From NCBI RefSeq assembly GCF_009914755.1, contig NC_060938.1: a DNA stretch of 64,000 bases. One strand, 5' to 3'. How positions within the stretch are numbered: position 1 is the stretch's first letter; the number at the start of each line of letters is the position of its first letter. The translations under genes were made by a program, and so were the position numbers. Below the pieces are notes generated by a model, which saw only the letters and a program-made list of their open reading frames with translations, did no database searches and had not been told where the DNA came from. Shown piece by piece: positions 18,542 through 34,060 of this stretch. The stretch comes from the human T2T-CHM13v2.0 reference genome, Homo sapiens.

Positions 18542-18835
18542 TTTTTTTCTTTTTTTTTTTTTTGAGATGGAGTCTCACTGTCACCCAGGCTGGAGTGCAG
18601 TGGCGTGATCTTGGCTCACTCCATTTCCCGAGCTCAAGCGATTCTCATGCCTCAGCCTCCCAAGTAGCTGGGACTACAGGTGTGCACCACCACACCGGGC
18701 TAATTTTTTGTATTTTTAGTAGAGACAGGGTTTTGCCATGTTGGCCAGGCTCTTGAACTCCCAGGCTCAAGCGATCCACCCACCTCAGCCTCCCAAAGTC
18801 CTGGGATTACAGGCATGAGCCACCACGCCCAGCCT
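18542..18835 (-). mobile_element. Alu
   Basis: Reverse Alu; TSD GGATATCTGAAATTCTT. Confidence 0.95.
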
Positions 18836-18886
18836 GGATATCTGAAATTCTTAACTGAAATTAGTCAAATTATCTTGTACTGGGGA

Positions 18887-19240
18887 TTTTTTTTTTAATT
18901 TCAACTTTTATTTTTGATTCAGGGGATACATGCATAGGTTTGTTACATGGGTATATCATGTGATGCTGAGGTTTGGGGTACAATTGATCCTGTCACCCAG
19001 GTAGTGAGCATAATACCCAACAGTTGTTCAACCCTTGCCCCTCTCCCCTAGTAGTCCTCAGTGTCTATTGATGCCATCTTTATGTCCACAAGTAACCCAG
19101 TGTTTAGCTCCCACTTACAAGTGAGAACATGCAGCATTTGGTTTTCTGTTCCTGGGTTATCTCACTTAGGATAATGGTCTCTGGATGCATCCATGTTGCT
19201 GCAAAGGACATTATTTCATTCTTTTTTATGGTTGCATACT
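18887..19240 (-). mobile_element. L1 (primate PA/PB-type) 3' UTR fragment
   Basis: gtttgttacatgggtata...tgatgctgaggtttgggg...gtttagctcccacttac.agtgagaacatgc. Confidence 0.88.
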
Positions 19241-19420
19241 GTGGATTTTATTGGGTCTTTATTTTGTATTAGCATTTTAAAACCCTAAATGTGACACAGT
19301 ATGCATGAGTGATCATGCATCTCAAGAAATCTTGAAATGTTCCTGTCCATAAAGCAGAATTTTTTAAGAGACCATTTCACAGTCTCCCTTCCCCTCACTG
19401 TATCAAGTGCTCATTTGTGA

Positions 19421-19672
<252 letters not shown>

Positions 19673-20190
19673 TAGTTATTTTTGTTAATCCCCTAAATTG
19701 TGTCTGTTGCTACAAGCCCCATTTCAACTAAACATTACTTTACGGTTTTTGTTGGTAATCATTTGGACATTACAAGCTAATATATGTTTATAGTTTTCTT
19801 AAATGTATTTGCTTAAATATTTTTGCCCCCGTAATTTCTTACCATTCTTGCTTTTTTATACTGTTGGAAATTGTGCTTCAAAGTGTCCTTAAGGTATTTC
19901 TTCTTCCCACATAAATTTTTCCTGGCTACTCTATTTCTGTATCCTGCTGTCAGATTTTCTCCACAGTTTAGCAGAGTTATATGGAAGTAGGCATTGTTGC
20001 ATTAAAGGATAAAAAAGTAGTCATACTATAACATCAAGCATTGAAGATGAAAACTGCAATTTTAAAGTAGAGAACATTTTAATGTATAAAAAGGTTGGTA
20101 TTGCCTTTTGTCTTTTATGCCATAGAGATTAAGAGGCGGTATCAATAGTGGATTGTAAAGGTAACTCAGACTTATGGTTATACTATACTA

Positions 20191-20946
<756 letters not shown>

Positions 20947-21298
20947 TAATCAGAAAGGGACAACTTTCAGATTTTAACATTCAAGAATGTATTTATAAGT
21001 TTGATTCAAACACTCATTTGAACCACAAATTACATTTGTGTGTGTGTTTGAATTTTAGCACTTTAAAATTATTGCAAGAGCTACTGCCTAACCTAGACCT
21101 GAGCACATGTTTTAGGCTCAAAGATAGTCAGGAACATGGGAAGAAACTAGCTTAATATAAACCAAAAGGTGAAACGTACATTGTTTCTCTATTATTTATA
21201 TCAGTAGGACAAAAACATCTTGAATTTGGACATTTAAAGAGAATAGTACTAAGTGTGCTCAAGGTAGCTACAGCCTATACCTGTTACCCCTTTTAGTT

Positions 21299-21608
21299 TG
21301 TTTTATTGTGTTTTGTTTTGTTTTGAGAAAGAGTCTCACTATCACCCAGGCTGGAGTGCAGTGGTGCAATCACAGCCTCAACCTCCCAGGCTCAAATGAT
21401 TCTCCCACCTCAGCCTCCCAAGTAGCTGGGACTACAGGCCTGCATCACCATGCCTGGCTAATTTTTTAACCTTTTTTTGTGTGTGTGTGTGGAGTTGGGG
21501 TTCTCACTATGTTGCTCAGGCTGGTTTTAAACTCCTGGGCTCAAGCGATCCTCCTGCCTTGGCCTCCCAAAGTACTAGGATTACAGGCGTGAGCTACCAT
21601 GCCTGGCC
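21299..21608 (-). mobile_element. AluJ-like element
   Basis: Reverse Alu with a (GT)n linker. Confidence 0.93.
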
Positions 21609-22534
21609 CATTACCCCTTTGAGTTGGAGAACTGTCTGGTAGCAATAGACTTACGAGGGTTTAAATGGGAAAGGACCTTATAAATTCTTTGCCCAATTTA
21701 GTCTAATTTCCATCACTATTTTGAAATTTTGGGTAAGTATAATATGAAAATAACAAGTGTTACATAAAATAAATACTTAGTAACTGGTCTTTTTTATTCT
21801 GGATCTGTCTTGATATTAATTGTCCTATGAACACAAAAATAATCTTTAAAGGCTAGGCTGGCCAAGACTTAGAGATATCACACAGGGCTCTATTTCTAAA
21901 TCTAGAATGATTCCATTTTAGGGCTTCCTACATCTAAAAATATGCTCAGGAGTAGGGCAACTTAGATCTGAACATTATAACTTGATAAATGAGGCATAAA
22001 TAAGCTTTAATAAGTGGTAAATAATTCTACATTAGGTATTTGTTGAATAAAACTGACAAGCTAAGAGTAGGGGATTTGACATCTCACAGCCTTGTGTTGA
22101 ATGAATATATATCCTATGCTCTGGTTGCTTAATTTACCCAGAAAAAAAAATGTTTGATTCATCTTGGTTTTTATCTAACAAAAGTAAATCTAACAAAAAC
22201 GTTAGAATGAGGAAAGCAAAATTTCTTGTTTAGAATACACAGCTATAGTTTTTTGTTAAACTTCTTGCCCAGAACTCTTAAAATAGTAATAATGTACATT
22301 CGTTCAGGTATATGCAGGTAAAATAACTTAGGTTTCTACTCCCACCCCCGACAGTAACAGTGAGATTTTTAGGTAGCTCAGTCACCAAAGGAGTGTGCCT
22401 TCTCAGTTCAAAGGTAAATTCCAGTGAATGTAGCATCTAGTTAATTGGTCAATTAGGTACCATTGTGGGATGTGAATTACCAAATAGGTTTTATTCTTTA
22501 GAATAAGGTGTTTCTTTTCATCTCAATTTTGTAA

Positions 22535-22925
<391 letters not shown>

Positions 22926-23048
22926 CTAGTTAAATAAAATTTGATAAACACGATGGACTTGGTTGTGTGTTTTCTGGTTTTTCTGAGATCTAGTTTGAAA
23001 ATTCTGACAACTAGCAAAGTATATGGAAGCTTCTTCAGGAAATAGTAA

Positions 23049-23231
<183 letters not shown>

Positions 23232-23274
23232 TAGTCTGAAGTGACTTTGAGTTTCACTTGTTTTTTATTTATAA

Positions 23275-23775
<501 letters not shown>

Positions 23776-23909
23776 TAGTTCTTTTATTATTTTTGAGATA
23801 AATGTATGTGATAGTACATGATTTTTAAACTTATAGCAAACTTTCTGACATATATGCCCTAACGCAAATTCTTGAGAACTCAAAAAACTTTCTAAATTAA
23901 CCTCATATA

Positions 23910-24230
23910 TTTTTTCTTTTTCTTTCTTTTTTTTTTTTTTTTGAGACAGAGTCTCGCTTTGTCGCCCAGGCTGGAGTGCAATGGCATGGCACCATCTCAG
24001 CTCACGGCAACCTCCGCCTCCTGGGTGCAAGAGATTCTCCTGCCTCAGCCTCCCGAGTAGCTGGGATTACAGGCATGCACCACCACGCCCGGCTGATTTT
24101 TTTGGTATTTTTCATAGAGACAGGGTTTCTCCACGTTGGTCAGGCTGGTCTCAAACTCCCGACTTCAGGTGATCCGCCTGCCTCAGCCTCCGAAAGAGCT
24201 GGGATTACAGGTGTGAGCCACCATGCCCGC
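23910..24230 (-). mobile_element. Alu
   Basis: Reverse Alu consensus. Confidence 0.95.
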
Positions 24231-25167
24231 TCCTATTTTTTCTAAAATAATTATAAATTCTAAAATTACCTATCTAAATGGAGGAGGGTCTTCTGACACC
24301 TTTAAAATAAAATCCAGCTGAGTACTGTAAATGTGTTTACAGAACTTGTTTAAAGTTCTTACAGTTGTTTAAATCAGACTAGTTAACTACCCTCACTACT
24401 TAGATGCTTCCATTTCTTAGAGCTCTTTTTTAAGCTTATCTGAAGAAAAGCCCTTCCAATTTAAGGGTTATTTCCAATTGCACATTCCAAATTGAGCCTT
24501 CCATCTTCAGCATTCAATATAGATATTTACAGGCCCCTCTTTTAAAATTTTATTATAGTTAACTTGTATTAAAGTTGCTTTTATTTTTCATTACGTATTT
24601 GTAGAACATTAGCTATATATATATTGCAGGCTACATAGGTTTTCAAACTGTACAACAGGAATCTAAGCATGAATTGTTACTTCTATGGAGCTAGTTCAAA
24701 CAAACATATGGACATGACCCAATTTTTAAGTTATACTTTCTGTATATAATTTGTAAGGGGATTTCACATATTTTAAGTTTGAGGCTATAGCTAGAAGAAA
24801 TTAAGTTTTATCTAATAAGTGTGTGGAAAAGGGAAATGATTCCTTCTCTACTATGTCTAGACTAAGCCAGATATCAATAGCAATAGGAAAGAACCACTGT
24901 CGTAGCCAGAACACATAGCTTTTTTCCCTGCCTAACATTTCCACCTTGACCTAGAGTGCTGGGAGAGGTCTTTTCCCTAAGCTTGGAAAAGACATTGGGG
25001 CTTTAGATGAACTCAGAAGTACTTTACATTACTTTATTTACTGTGTCACTTACTCACTTTTGACTCTGAGCTCCACGAGGGCAATCACAGTGTCTTGGGC
25101 ATTTTAGTGATACTAATACTTAGCTCATGACCTAATGTGTAGTACTTCCTCAATAAATGGTTGTTGA

Positions 25168-25475
<308 letters not shown>

Positions 25476-25641
25476 GGTTGTTGGACTGACAGATGCATGA
25501 ATACAGTAATAAAAATGACAATCACTTATAAGTTACAGTTTACTATCAGCTACAGAGGATGGGATATCCAGTTTTCTGAACAACTGTTCTCTTGTACTTG
25601 TCAAAGCCAAAGTGTAACAACACATCAAGTCACTTTAGCAA

Positions 25642-25939
25642 TTTATTTTTGAGACGGAGTTTTGCTCTTGTTGCCCAGGCTGGAGTGCAATGGCGTGATC
25701 TCGGATCTTGGCTCACCGCAACTGCCGCCTCGCTGGTTCAAGCAAATCTCGTGCCTCAGCCTCCCGAGTAGCTGGGATTACAGGCATGCACCACCACACC
25801 CAGCTAATTTTGTATTTTTAGTAGAGACAGTGTTTCTCCAGGTTGATCAGGCTGGTCTCAAACTCCCGACCTCAGGTGATCCACCTGCCTCAGCCTCCCA
25901 AAGTGCTGGGATGACAGTTGTGAGCCACTGTGCCCAGCT
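25642..25939 (-). mobile_element. Alu
   Basis: Reverse Alu consensus. Confidence 0.95.
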
Positions 25940-26817
25940 AGCAACTGTTTTTAAACATTAGTTCCAATGTAGTGTACACTGAAAACTTTTATGAAAGGAA
26001 TTTCAAAAATTAAGATAAACCATTAAAAACGTAATTACTAAGTACTACTACTACTACAATGATATTTACATAATAGACTGAGTTACATTTCATAAAGACA
26101 ATATATCTGTATAAGAATTTTTAAACTTCCCTGTCTATATAATAGAAGTTTTAGAGAAATTTTTTAAAAACCAAAGAAAACTGCAAAATAAGATCACTTA
26201 CCTATTTGGCATTCTCAACTGTCTGGAACAGCAAGGAGCCATTATGATTATGCATTTGGTTTGTGGGGTGTCTTGAAAAGTCAAAATAATGTAACAAAGC
26301 TGATGTACTTTACTCATTAGAACAATTCTTCACAATTTAATATTAATTTTAGATACACATAGTTCATGTTTGATAACCAGATCAATACTGAGTGAAAAAT
26401 AGCATAGTGGGAAGAGCAGGGGAGGGGAGGTAGGGATCTGGAGACCTAGAGTGTACTTCCATATTGCAACTAGTGAGCAGTAGGACTTTGAGAAAGTTAC
26501 CCAATAGGCCTCAGGGTTCTAATTTATAAAATGGGTATGATATGCCTGCCTTATCTGTCTTGGGAACTTAAGTAAGGTTAAAATGAACTAATGAACTTGA
26601 AATGTTTTATAAACTGAAAATGCTATACGAATGTGAGATTGATCTTGTATTTCAATAGTCCCAACAATATCACTGCATTGTTATATTAGGTGGAATAAAA
26701 GGACAATATTTAACTGTTTTGACTCTACAATAGTGTCAATTTAGTTGTGTTCAGCTCTATTTTATAAAATAGGGATACGCATACTGTAGAAAATTTCCTG
26801 TTAAATTAAGCTTTGAC

Positions 26818-27102
26818 GGCCAGGTGCTCACGCCTGTAATCCCAGCACTTTGGGAGGCCAAGGTGGGCAGATCACTTGCGCTCAGGAGTTTGAGACCAGC
26901 CTGAGCAACATAGTGAAATCCTGTCTCTACAAAAATATGTATATATAAATTAGTCATAATCTCAGCTACTTGAGAGGCTGAGGTGGGAGGATCACTTGAT
27001 TCCAGAGGCAGGGCTTGGTTGCAGTAAGCAGAGATCACGTCTCTGCACTCCAGCCTGGCTGACAGAGTAAGACCGTGTTTCACCAAAAAAAAAAAAAAAA
27101 AA
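26818..27102 (+). mobile_element. Alu (J-like)
   Basis: Alu consensus; TSD aaattaagcttt. Confidence 0.92.
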
Positions 27103-27257
27103 ATTAAGCTTTTACTTTTAAGATGATAAACTTTAGTGATCAGGAAAGTTATCTTATGTATATTATATTCCTTAATATTGGAGAACTAAAGAATTATGTA
27201 TTTTCTTTAAAAGCGCTCACTGGATATTTTTTTTAAAAACGCTATATTTTCATTTAG

Positions 27258-27416
<159 letters not shown>

Positions 27417-27428
27417 TAATGTGCTATT

Positions 27429-27430
<2 letters not shown>

Positions 27431-27460
<30 letters not shown>
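27431..27460. repeat. (GT)15 microsatellite in HIF1A intron 13
   Basis: 30 nt of perfect GT starting 48 nt into the intron. Confidence 0.98.
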
Positions 27461-27462
<2 letters not shown>

Positions 27463-27681
27463 CCACGTTTCTTCCAAATAGTAAAGTTATATTTTCAGAA
27501 GTTATACATTGGGTTTTTTTACTCTGTATGCACTGGTTTTTAAAAATACAAATGTTTAATACATACATTCTTGGTATAAAAATTCCAAACAATTCCAGTG
27601 TATTTTGAGTTAAAAAGTGAAGTTCTCCCCTTACTCCACCCTGAATATCACCACCAATCTCATTCTCTTCCCTTTAAGTTA

Positions 27682-28023
<342 letters not shown>

Positions 28024-28256
28024 TCAATGGTGGTATAATACATTCTGATATTTTCAAACTAAATTAACTGGAAAGTATTTATAGACAGAATGGTCATAAT
28101 GGATGACAAATAACTTAAGAAAGAATTCAAAATAATTTAGGGTAGTATTTAAGAAACTGCCTATAATGTTATTAAATTTACACCAATTTCAAGGTTTTTG
28201 GTTGTTTAAAAAAAAAATTCAACAAACTAAACTTGAAATAACTTTACTGTTTATAG

Positions 28257-28385
<129 letters not shown>

Positions 28386-28455
28386 TAGTTTATTCTTTTT
28401 GACCTTGAACATCACAAAGACAAAATACATGAAACATTTTTATTTAGGAGCTTTA

Positions 28456-28915
<460 letters not shown>

Positions 28916-28958
28916 TCAATATTGATAGAAGCTGAAATTTGTGAACTTTTATGACTAC

Positions 28959-29250
28959 TTTTCTTTTTTTTTTTTTTTTTTGAGACAGGGTCTCGCTCTG
29001 TTGCCCAGGCCTGGAGTGCAGTGGCATGATCATAGCTCACTGCAGTCTCAAACTCCTGTGCTCAAGCTCAAGCAATCATCCTACCTCAGCCTCCTGAGTA
29101 GCTCGCACTACAGACATGCCTCACCACACCCGGTTGCTTTTTGTAGAGATGGGGTCTCACTATGTTGCCTAGGCTGGTTTCAAACTCCTGGCCTCAAGTG
29201 ATCCTCCTGCCTCAGCCTGTGCTAGGATTACAGGCATCAGCTTTGATGCC
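28959..29250 (-). mobile_element. AluJ-like element
   Basis: Poly-T then reverse Alu. Confidence 0.92.
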
Positions 29251-29460
29251 CACCATATTTATGCCTTTTTCCAAATTGTTATTTCTTTGTGCCTTTATTG
29301 TATCCTGTAAACATTTCTGACACAGCAACAGTATCACTGGATTATACTTACTTTTTAACATAGTTGTGGTTTTGCCAGGTAAACTAAAAACCCTTCCAGA
29401 AGTTTGCTTTATTTTCTATGATACCTAACACATTGTGGGTGTTTAATAAATATTCATTGA

Positions 29461-29652
<192 letters not shown>

Positions 29653-30825
29653 GCTTTTTCTTAATTTCATTCCTTTTTTTGGACACTGGTGGCTCACTAC
29701 CTAAAGCAGTCTATTTATATTTTCTACATCTAATTTTAGAAGCCTGGCTACAATACTGCACAAACTTGGTTAGTTCAATTTTTGATCCCCTTTCTACTTA
29801 ATTTACATTAATGCTCTTTTTTAGTATGTTCTTTAATGCTGGATCACAGACAGCTCATTTTCTCAGTTTTTTGGTATTTAAACCATTGCATTGCAGTAGC
29901 ATCATTTTAAAAAATGCACCTTTTTATTTATTTATTTTTGGCTAGGGAGTTTATCCCTTTTTCGAATTATTTTTAAGAAGATGCCAATATAATTTTTGTA
30001 AGAAGGCAGTAACCTTTCATCATGATCATAGGCAGTTGAAAAATTTTTACACCTTTTTTTTCACATTTTACATAAATAATAATGCTTTGCCAGCAGTACG
30101 TGGTAGCCACAATTGCACAATATATTTTCTTAAAAAATACCAGCAGTTACTCATGGAATATATTCTGCGTTTATAAAACTAGTTTTTAAGAAGAAATTTT
30201 TTTTGGCCTATGAAATTGTTAAACCTGGAACATGACATTGTTAATCATATAATAATGATTCTTAAATGCTGTATGGTTTATTATTTAAATGGGTAAAGCC
30301 ATTTACATAATATAGAAAGATATGCATATATCTAGAAGGTATGTGGCATTTATTTGGATAAAATTCTCAATTCAGAGAAATCATCTGATGTTTCTATAGT
30401 CACTTTGCCAGCTCAAAAGAAAACAATACCCTATGTAGTTGTGGAAGTTTATGCTAATATTGTGTAACTGATATTAAACCTAAATGTTCTGCCTACCCTG
30501 TTGGTATAAAGATATTTTGAGCAGACTGTAAACAAGAAAAAAAAAATCATGCATTCTTAGCAAAATTGCCTAGTATGTTAATTTGCTCAAAATACAATGT
30601 TTGATTTTATGCACTTTGTCGCTATTAACATCCTTTTTTTCATGTAGATTTCAATAATTGAGTAATTTTAGAAGCATTATTTTAGGAATATATAGTTGTC
30701 ACAGTAAATATCTTGTTTTTTCTATGTACATTGTACAAATTTTTCATTCCTTTTGCTCTTTGTGGTTGGATCTAACACTAACTGTATTGTTTTGTTACAT
30801 CAAATAAACATCTTCTGTGGACCAG
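29653..30825 (+). other. HIF1A: HIF1A AU-rich 3' UTR
   Basis: Overlapping TTATTTATT ARE at 29924-29936; seed matches ACACTGG (miR-199-5p) 29683-29689, GCACCTT (miR-18) 29916-29922, GCACTTT (miR-17/20) 30611-30617, AGCATTA (miR-155) 30673-30679; 3' end approximate. Confidence 0.9.
30803..30808 (+). terminator. HIF1A: HIF1A polyadenylation signal AATAAA
   Basis: Canonical hexamer ~1.15 kb after the stop, with T-rich sequence downstream. Confidence 0.9.
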
Positions 30826-31719
30826 GCCCCTTTGATCAGCTTTTATGTTCAAATATTAATAATATTTGCTTCAACACCTCCAACTCATAAAATTGTTTAC
30901 CAACAATTTAAGCACTTATGAAAATTACATGGTACTGGTTATTTCTACATTTATCTTAGTGCCATCACCTTAATGTATGTTGAGTCCCTAAATGTCATGT
31001 TAAATAATAACAACCATAATATCCCATTGAAAAGAGTATGTTGTTAGAAAAGAAACATCATTTTTAAGTTTCTGAGCCTATTAAAATGCTCAAACACAAA
31101 ATATTAGTATTTTTAAAATATGAATGGGATGAGTGAAGCAGTTCTCAGCATTATAGTCACAATGTTACAAAGGCTAGAGCTTCTCTGAAGATTTCTAATC
31201 TGTTCCCATTAACAGATTAATAAACTTAGACTTCAAATGAATAATTTGCCCAAGCTTTAAAAGTAATAGATGGCAGACCAAAAATGTAAGCTTAAGTTTC
31301 CTGACTCTAAAGTCAAACTTAGAACAAATTTGGTTTGTTTTTGTTTTAATGATACTGCGTTTTAAAACAAAGTAGCTTTATCCTTTTTCTCCTGTATTTT
31401 TCTTTTACAAAATAGCTGTATTTCTTTTATACTGATAATCTCATTTTTAAAAATCAGACAGTGTAGAAAGATATTTTTTAAAACAGAAAAATCACTATGA
31501 ATCCCTGCACCTACAGGTACAGAAAATTATTTTTATGAACAAATTATGTAGGAAGTGCCAGAGCCTTAGGTCCTGTACCCTGAGGTATATATACTGAACA
31601 AAAGGAACTGAGCCACAGATCTCTTAGGTAGCTCTTTTTATCTTACAATGGAGGACAGTGATTACAATTATATGAAAATTTTGGAACAAAAGTTAATACT
31701 AAGATTCAGTGCAAAATTT

Positions 31720-31733
31720 GGGGGGGGGGGGGG
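31720..31733 (+). repeat. G14 homopolymer
   Basis: Fourteen consecutive G in AT-rich sequence. Confidence 0.95.
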
Positions 31734-33452
31734 CACAGGTATACTTAAGCACAAACACTGTGACCCAAAGTGCTTCAACATTTAGTTACAGATAGTAGTA
31801 TACTAGAAGTGGTATTTTAGAATAAAGTGGTTGCTTAGTATTCACAGGTCACAAAACAAAAAATTATTCTTGTATAGCAAATTAGCTTCAGTTGAAAACT
31901 ATTTGTAAAAGCAGATTATGTAATGACCAGGAGTTCAGGAAAATGACTTCTGAAAGCATTGAGAAGGGAAAGCCACGTTAAAGGACAGTACAGCTGGAAG
32001 GAAGCAAGTACTTACCCACTGCTCAGTCACTAAGACAACAAGCTCCTTGGAGTGCTTTAAGCTACGGAATAGCAGAACTGGCCCTTCCCAATTTTATGCA
32101 CCGTCACAAATTTCTTCATAATGGTTTTGTCCAAGGCTTATAACCCAACCCTGGCAACTATAATCCTTACTTTATGAAACAGCTGTATTTCTTTTATACT
32201 CATAACCCAGAAAAATGAGAATGTATGTTCTGAGTATAAAAGAAATGTAGCTATTCCATAAAAATACAGGAGAAAAAGAATAAAGCTATTTTAATTTTTT
32301 TAATGCAGTATCATTAAAAAACAAACCAAGTTTGTTCTAAGTTTGACTTTAGAGTCAGGAGACTTAAGCTTACATTTCTGGTCTGCCATCTATTACTTTT
32401 AGAGCTTGGGTAAATCTTCATTTGAGATCTAAATGCTATATATAGTTCATTCATAGCAGTACCAGATAAGGGAGGAGTATATCTATACAGTATATAGTCT
32501 TGAAGAAGTGATCTAAGGCTCGGAGCTTTTGAGGTGGCCATGAGTGACTCCAAAGTCCATGGAGCTAACCACCCTGCAGTGCTAGCCAATCCAGTTGAAC
32601 ATACCCTTTTCTCCATTGTTAACTGTTTGTTTAAATAGCAAACAGAAGGCGGCAATGGAGGTGTGGAAAACTGAGGATCCGATGTCACTTGAAAGTAATG
32701 AGATCACATAACATTGAGGGAATGTCCTAAGAGGAGTGGCAGGGCATAAATAGAAATGAATAAAAGTGTTTTCAAGTGCCATTTAGTGGGTTCTGAATTT
32801 GAACTAGAGATTGAGATATCCAGTTATGGAGACATTAACTCAAATTAACAAGGTAGTGAATGGGAAAGCACAAACTATAAAAGACTGTATCAATGTATGG
32901 TATTTTTTCCCAGAGCTGTTTTGACTTAATGGCATAATAGATATGTTTAAGTTTTTATAACCTCACGATTATCATTCCAAATCTTATTTTCCTCCTAGAA
33001 GCCTCTGTACAGAAAAGATGAACTTAAAATTACTCGCTTTGTAGAAACTTAATCTAAAAGTTCAAAATGTTTAAGTAGCAATACCTAAAACAAGTTGCAG
33101 AGTAAAGAATCCTCTTTTTTTCTTTTTTTCAACATTAAGATTTGGTTAAATAAAACCTTTGCAAACGTGTTGCCAGCTGGAACCAACAAAAATGTAAAGA
33201 AAAAAACTTTTACTTTTTTTTTTTTAAGTTTTCCACTAACCACTTTGCTCACATTTCGTTCCTTTAAATAGAGATGAACCTGTCGTCCCAGATTATTTTA
33301 CAGAGAAATAGTGAAATTAGTGGAATTCGATACAAAAATAGTCTCCCTGTAGGATAAAAGTTATACTTTACCATAAACCTTCCTATGAACGCCTTCTGGA
33401 GCTTTGATGTGTTCACACCTTTCAGAGGTTTGGACATAATTTTTATTCTTAC

Positions 33453-33660
33453 CTGTAGTGGATAGTTTTTCCAAGACGCTGCCCAGACACCCGATCTCCG
33501 TGTACTATTGAATTTCGTTTATTCCCTTGTCTTGGCTCCATTCTGGGACGGAGAGGAAAGACAGGTGCCTGAGAGCGGCAGCGGTCAGAGCCCCGCGGGG
33601 AGAATACCAAGCATGCGGAAGGTACCCGGCACCCTTCTGTTCCTGGTGTGGCTGGCGCTA
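33453..33660 (-). ncRNA. HIF1A-AS3: Probable first exon of antisense lncRNA HIF1A-AS3 (5' end approximate)
   Basis: cttacctg at 33448-33455 reads CAG|GTAAG on the minus strand at the island edge facing HIF1A; the name comes from knowledge of the locus. Confidence 0.65.
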
Positions 33661-34060
33661 CATGATGAGGATGCGAAACCCAAGCCAACCCGAGAAACTT
33701 CCCGAGCCCCGCCCGGCGCGCGGCAGGCCACGCCTCAGTACGTGCTCGGGCGCAGCACCGCAGTCCCGGGCCCCGCCCGCGGCCCCGGCCGTGGGCTCCA
33801 GGGCTCCAGCCGCGCAAGGCGACTTTCGTGTACGCTGTGGGGTGGCTGCTGCCCGCTGCGCGTACGTGTGGGAGCGCATGCGGGAGGCCCTGGCCGCTCC
33901 TGGCCTGCGAACGGGCGGCGCCAGGCGTGGGGGGTCAGCCCTGGGCTTTGTCTTCTGGGACTTGTCAAAGTCGGAAGCCTAGTGCTTCCCCAAACTTTGT
34001 TTTTTAGATGGGGGGGGCGTGGGCGAATGGGACTTGATGTATTGCGGAAGAGCTGCCTCC
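33480..34060. promoter_or_regulatory. Orphan CpG island / hypoxia-responsive antisense promoter
   Basis: Sharp GC/CpG-rich block in an AT-rich background; TACGTGCT 33739-33746, TACGTG 33863-33868, CACGC 33729-33733, GCGTG 33925-33929; NRF1-like GCGCATGCG 33874-33882; GC boxes (CCCCGCCC). Confidence 0.88.

Noticed and set aside
30097-30102. TACGTG HRE core in the HIF1A 3' UTR
   Set aside because: A single hexamer in AT-rich DNA is expected by chance, and there is no supporting context.
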